Assembly: GCA_021432655.1 (NCBI GenBank)
Contig: MU271424.1
Location: 1 to 64,000, forward strand
Origin: Atractiella rhizophila
Lineage: Eukaryota
Direction: 5' to 3'
Length of the DNA stretch: 64,000 nt
Positions 62,950 through 64,000 of this stretch are shown in pieces. Below the pieces are notes generated by a model. That model saw only the letters and a list, made by a program, of their open reading frames with translations, was not told the origin of the DNA and searched no databases. How positions within the stretch are numbered: the stretch's first letter is position 1; each line of letters opens with the position of its first letter. A program made the position numbers and the translations under genes.

Positions 62950-64000
62950 TGTAGCTCATCGCCGCCCCGACACGGGAGGGACTTCTGAAGGGGACGCGTG
63001 AGGCTGAACCTGCGCAACCTGCGCCACTGCAGCACTGATAGGTCGTGAGGGATCCATCATTGGTGTCGGCTCGAGATCCGGATTCTCATCGCCCTCTTGC
63101 ATCTGCTGCATCATCAAAGTATTTTCTCAGTCACTGGAAAGGAGGGAGGACACGGTAGAAGCTCACAATAAGATCAGAATCAATGGTCATATCATCCAGT
63201 GCTTCCTCCGCCTGTCCCCTCTCCTTCTCCTTGCCCTTCCCAGCCTTCTTGCCATTTTGTCTATTCGCATAATCTCTTCTGAACCAATAATCCTTCGAAA
63301 GACTCCAGAACTGCGAGTTGGTCAGGACTGGCCGTCCATCATCGACAGCAGCGTTGTACAGTTGACCAGACGTCCGGTCTCGGATGTCGTTTGCAATCAT
63401 CAACGCCACGCCTTCATAAATCTCGTTCGCTCGCTCCATCCCGAACTCTGCGCGCAAGTAGGCGAAAATTGAACGACCGTAGGAAGCGAGCAGATGCTCC
63501 GGAGTTCCATTCACTTCTGTTTCGAGGATGTTGTGCTCTCTGTTGATTTGGTTGAGGTGGCGCCCTAAGGTCTCCATGACTGAATCGGCGATGATTGCAT
63601 GCTCCTAATGCCCAAGTTACTGAGAAATTTCATGACGAAATCATCGAGACGCACGAGAACTTGGTTGGAGTTTGCTTGAGTCAATCTCAGTGCAAGCCAA
63701 CCTGTATCGGGTAGAGCATCTGTGCCTGCCTTTGGAATCGGATAGGTCTTGACGAATTCTGAAGGTTCTGGAGATCCTCGAGCCCTTTTCTCGTCCTCTT
63801 CTACTTCGCGGTACCACTGCTTGTGGGCCTCCAGGTTCTCCATTGATAGAGGCAGGTAGGGCGCCTCGGCTGCTTTTTGCTGTTGTACCTGTGGTCGAGC
63901 AAGGTGATTCTGGTCCGATGTTGGATTGGTGGAGATATCTGTCCTCTGCTTGCCACAAAATACTACACTCAGACTCCTCCATTCATGGCACTGAAAGCCT
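62950..64000 (-). CDS. Hypothetical multi-exon protein; ends approximate
   Basis: ORFs 63131-63577, 63565-63843 and 63641-63982 can be joined by ~50-nt GT-AG introns (e.g. CTC|gtgcgt...cattag|GAG). Confidence 0.55.

Noticed and set aside
63565..63660. Apparent frameshifts here and at ~62100-62155
   Set aside because: Both are resolved by ordinary ~50-nt GT-AG introns.

Overview
Gene-dense, intron-rich nuclear DNA from a fungus, most likely a basidiomycete (typical introns are ~40-60 nt), with two N gaps (3853-4727, 15385-15869). About 27 protein-coding genes can be traced by hand-splicing. Recognisable ones: fungalysin, proteasome beta7 (PRE4), SUS1, ALG1, a GH43 arabinanase, an FHA/tail-anchored protein, an ADA2-like deaminase, an expansin-like DPBB protein, HSP60, a CPL1/priA-like protein, MCT1, TyrRS, a DnaJ-X protein, p24 (2 copies), EFM7, two C2H2 paralogs and mitochondrial EF-G. 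The most unusual signal is a >=670-nt noncoding island (4728-5400) that almost lacks the dinucleotide ApT and is strongly self-complementary. It carries a telomere-template-like CCTAACCCCTA followed by a possible pseudoknot, and it sits where the missing first exon/start codon of PRE4 should be, so it is a candidate large intronic ncRNA, possibly telomerase RNA (unproven). Three other oversized introns (FHA gene 932 nt, HSP60 238 nt, TyrRS 244 nt) also contain extensive pairing. Two tandem duplications (~1.06 kb and ~2.6 kb) look like junctions between diverged haplotypes, and a perfect 96-bp repeat duplicates the EF-G P-loop. All exon boundaries and pairings were read by eye.
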